A DNA stretch of 64,000 nt from Camelus dromedarius. Its lineage: Eukaryota. This document shows positions 63,445 through 64,000 of the stretch, in pieces. Location of the stretch: assembly GCF_036321535.1 (NCBI RefSeq), contig NC_087438.1, forward strand, positions 9,984,001-10,048,000, written 5' to 3'. Position numbers and translations under genes: made by a program. Every line of letters starts with the position of its first letter. The stretch's first letter is position 1. Under the pieces are notes generated by a model. That model had not been told where the DNA came from. It did not search any database and was given only the letters and a program-made list of their open reading frames with translations.

Positions 63445-64000
63445 TAACTAGGAATAGAAGGGAACTTTCTCCAGCTGATAAGGGGAATCTATGAAAAACC
63501 AACAGCTAGCATCATATTCAATGTTGGAAAACTGAAAGCTTTCCCCCTAAGACTAAGAAGGAGACAAAGACATCTGCCCTTGCCACTTCAATTTAGCATT
63601 GTACTAGAGGTCCTAACCAGAGCACTGAAACGCAAGAAAAAGAAATAAAAGGCATCCAGATTGAAAAGGACGAAGTAAAAAGATCTCCATTTGCAGGTGA
63701 CATGATCTTGTATAAACAAATCCAAAAGAATCCACTAAAAAACAATTAGAACTAAACCAATAAACAAATTCTGCAAATTGCCAAGATACAAAATCAATAT
63801 ACAAAAATCAATTGTACTTTTATACACTAGCAAGGAACTAAATAATAGAAAGACATCCTCTGTTCATGGATCAAAAATATTAATACATTTTAGATGGCAA
63901 TACTTCTCAAATTAATCTACAGATTTGGTGCCCTGTCAAAATCCTAGATGGATTTTTTTTTTCAAAACTGAAAAATCGATCATAAACTTCATATGGAAAT
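63445..64000 (+). mobile_element. Old L1 ORF2 reverse-transcriptase region, degenerate
   Basis: AAGAAATAAAAGGCATCCAGATTG and TTTGCAGGTGACATGATC (decayed FADDMI); frameshifts and a deletion. Confidence 0.88.

Noticed and set aside
1..64000. CRISPR arrays, operons or prokaryotic defence systems
   Set aside because: Sequence is mammalian; no regularly spaced repeat-spacer array or dense coding structure

Overview
Mammalian genomic DNA, very probably camelid (camel/llama/alpaca): it carries tRNA-Ala-derived Vic-1-type SINEs and a young L1 subfamily with intact target-site duplications (TSDs). The window is mostly repeat-rich non-coding sequence (L1, L2, MIR, MaLR/ERVL/ERV1 solo LTRs, hAT and Tigger DNA transposons, microsatellites). 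The one clear functional landmark is a CpG-island promoter at ~3.4-4.1 kb with RFX X-box, CCAAT, NRF1 and CRE-like motifs. It probably drives a minus-strand gene whose tiny first coding exon starts MDKP(VL); I could not name the gene. No complete CDS, RNA gene or CRISPR array is supported, and I found no convincing new biological system. The best oddities are two MaLR LTR ends with anomalous shared identity, an unexplained short direct duplication, TSDs recording reciprocal CpG decay, a MER41-like LTR carrying its own X-box, and a few candidate splice signals. Repeat family names come from recall of consensus sequences and need RepeatMasker/Dfam confirmation; many boundaries are approximate.
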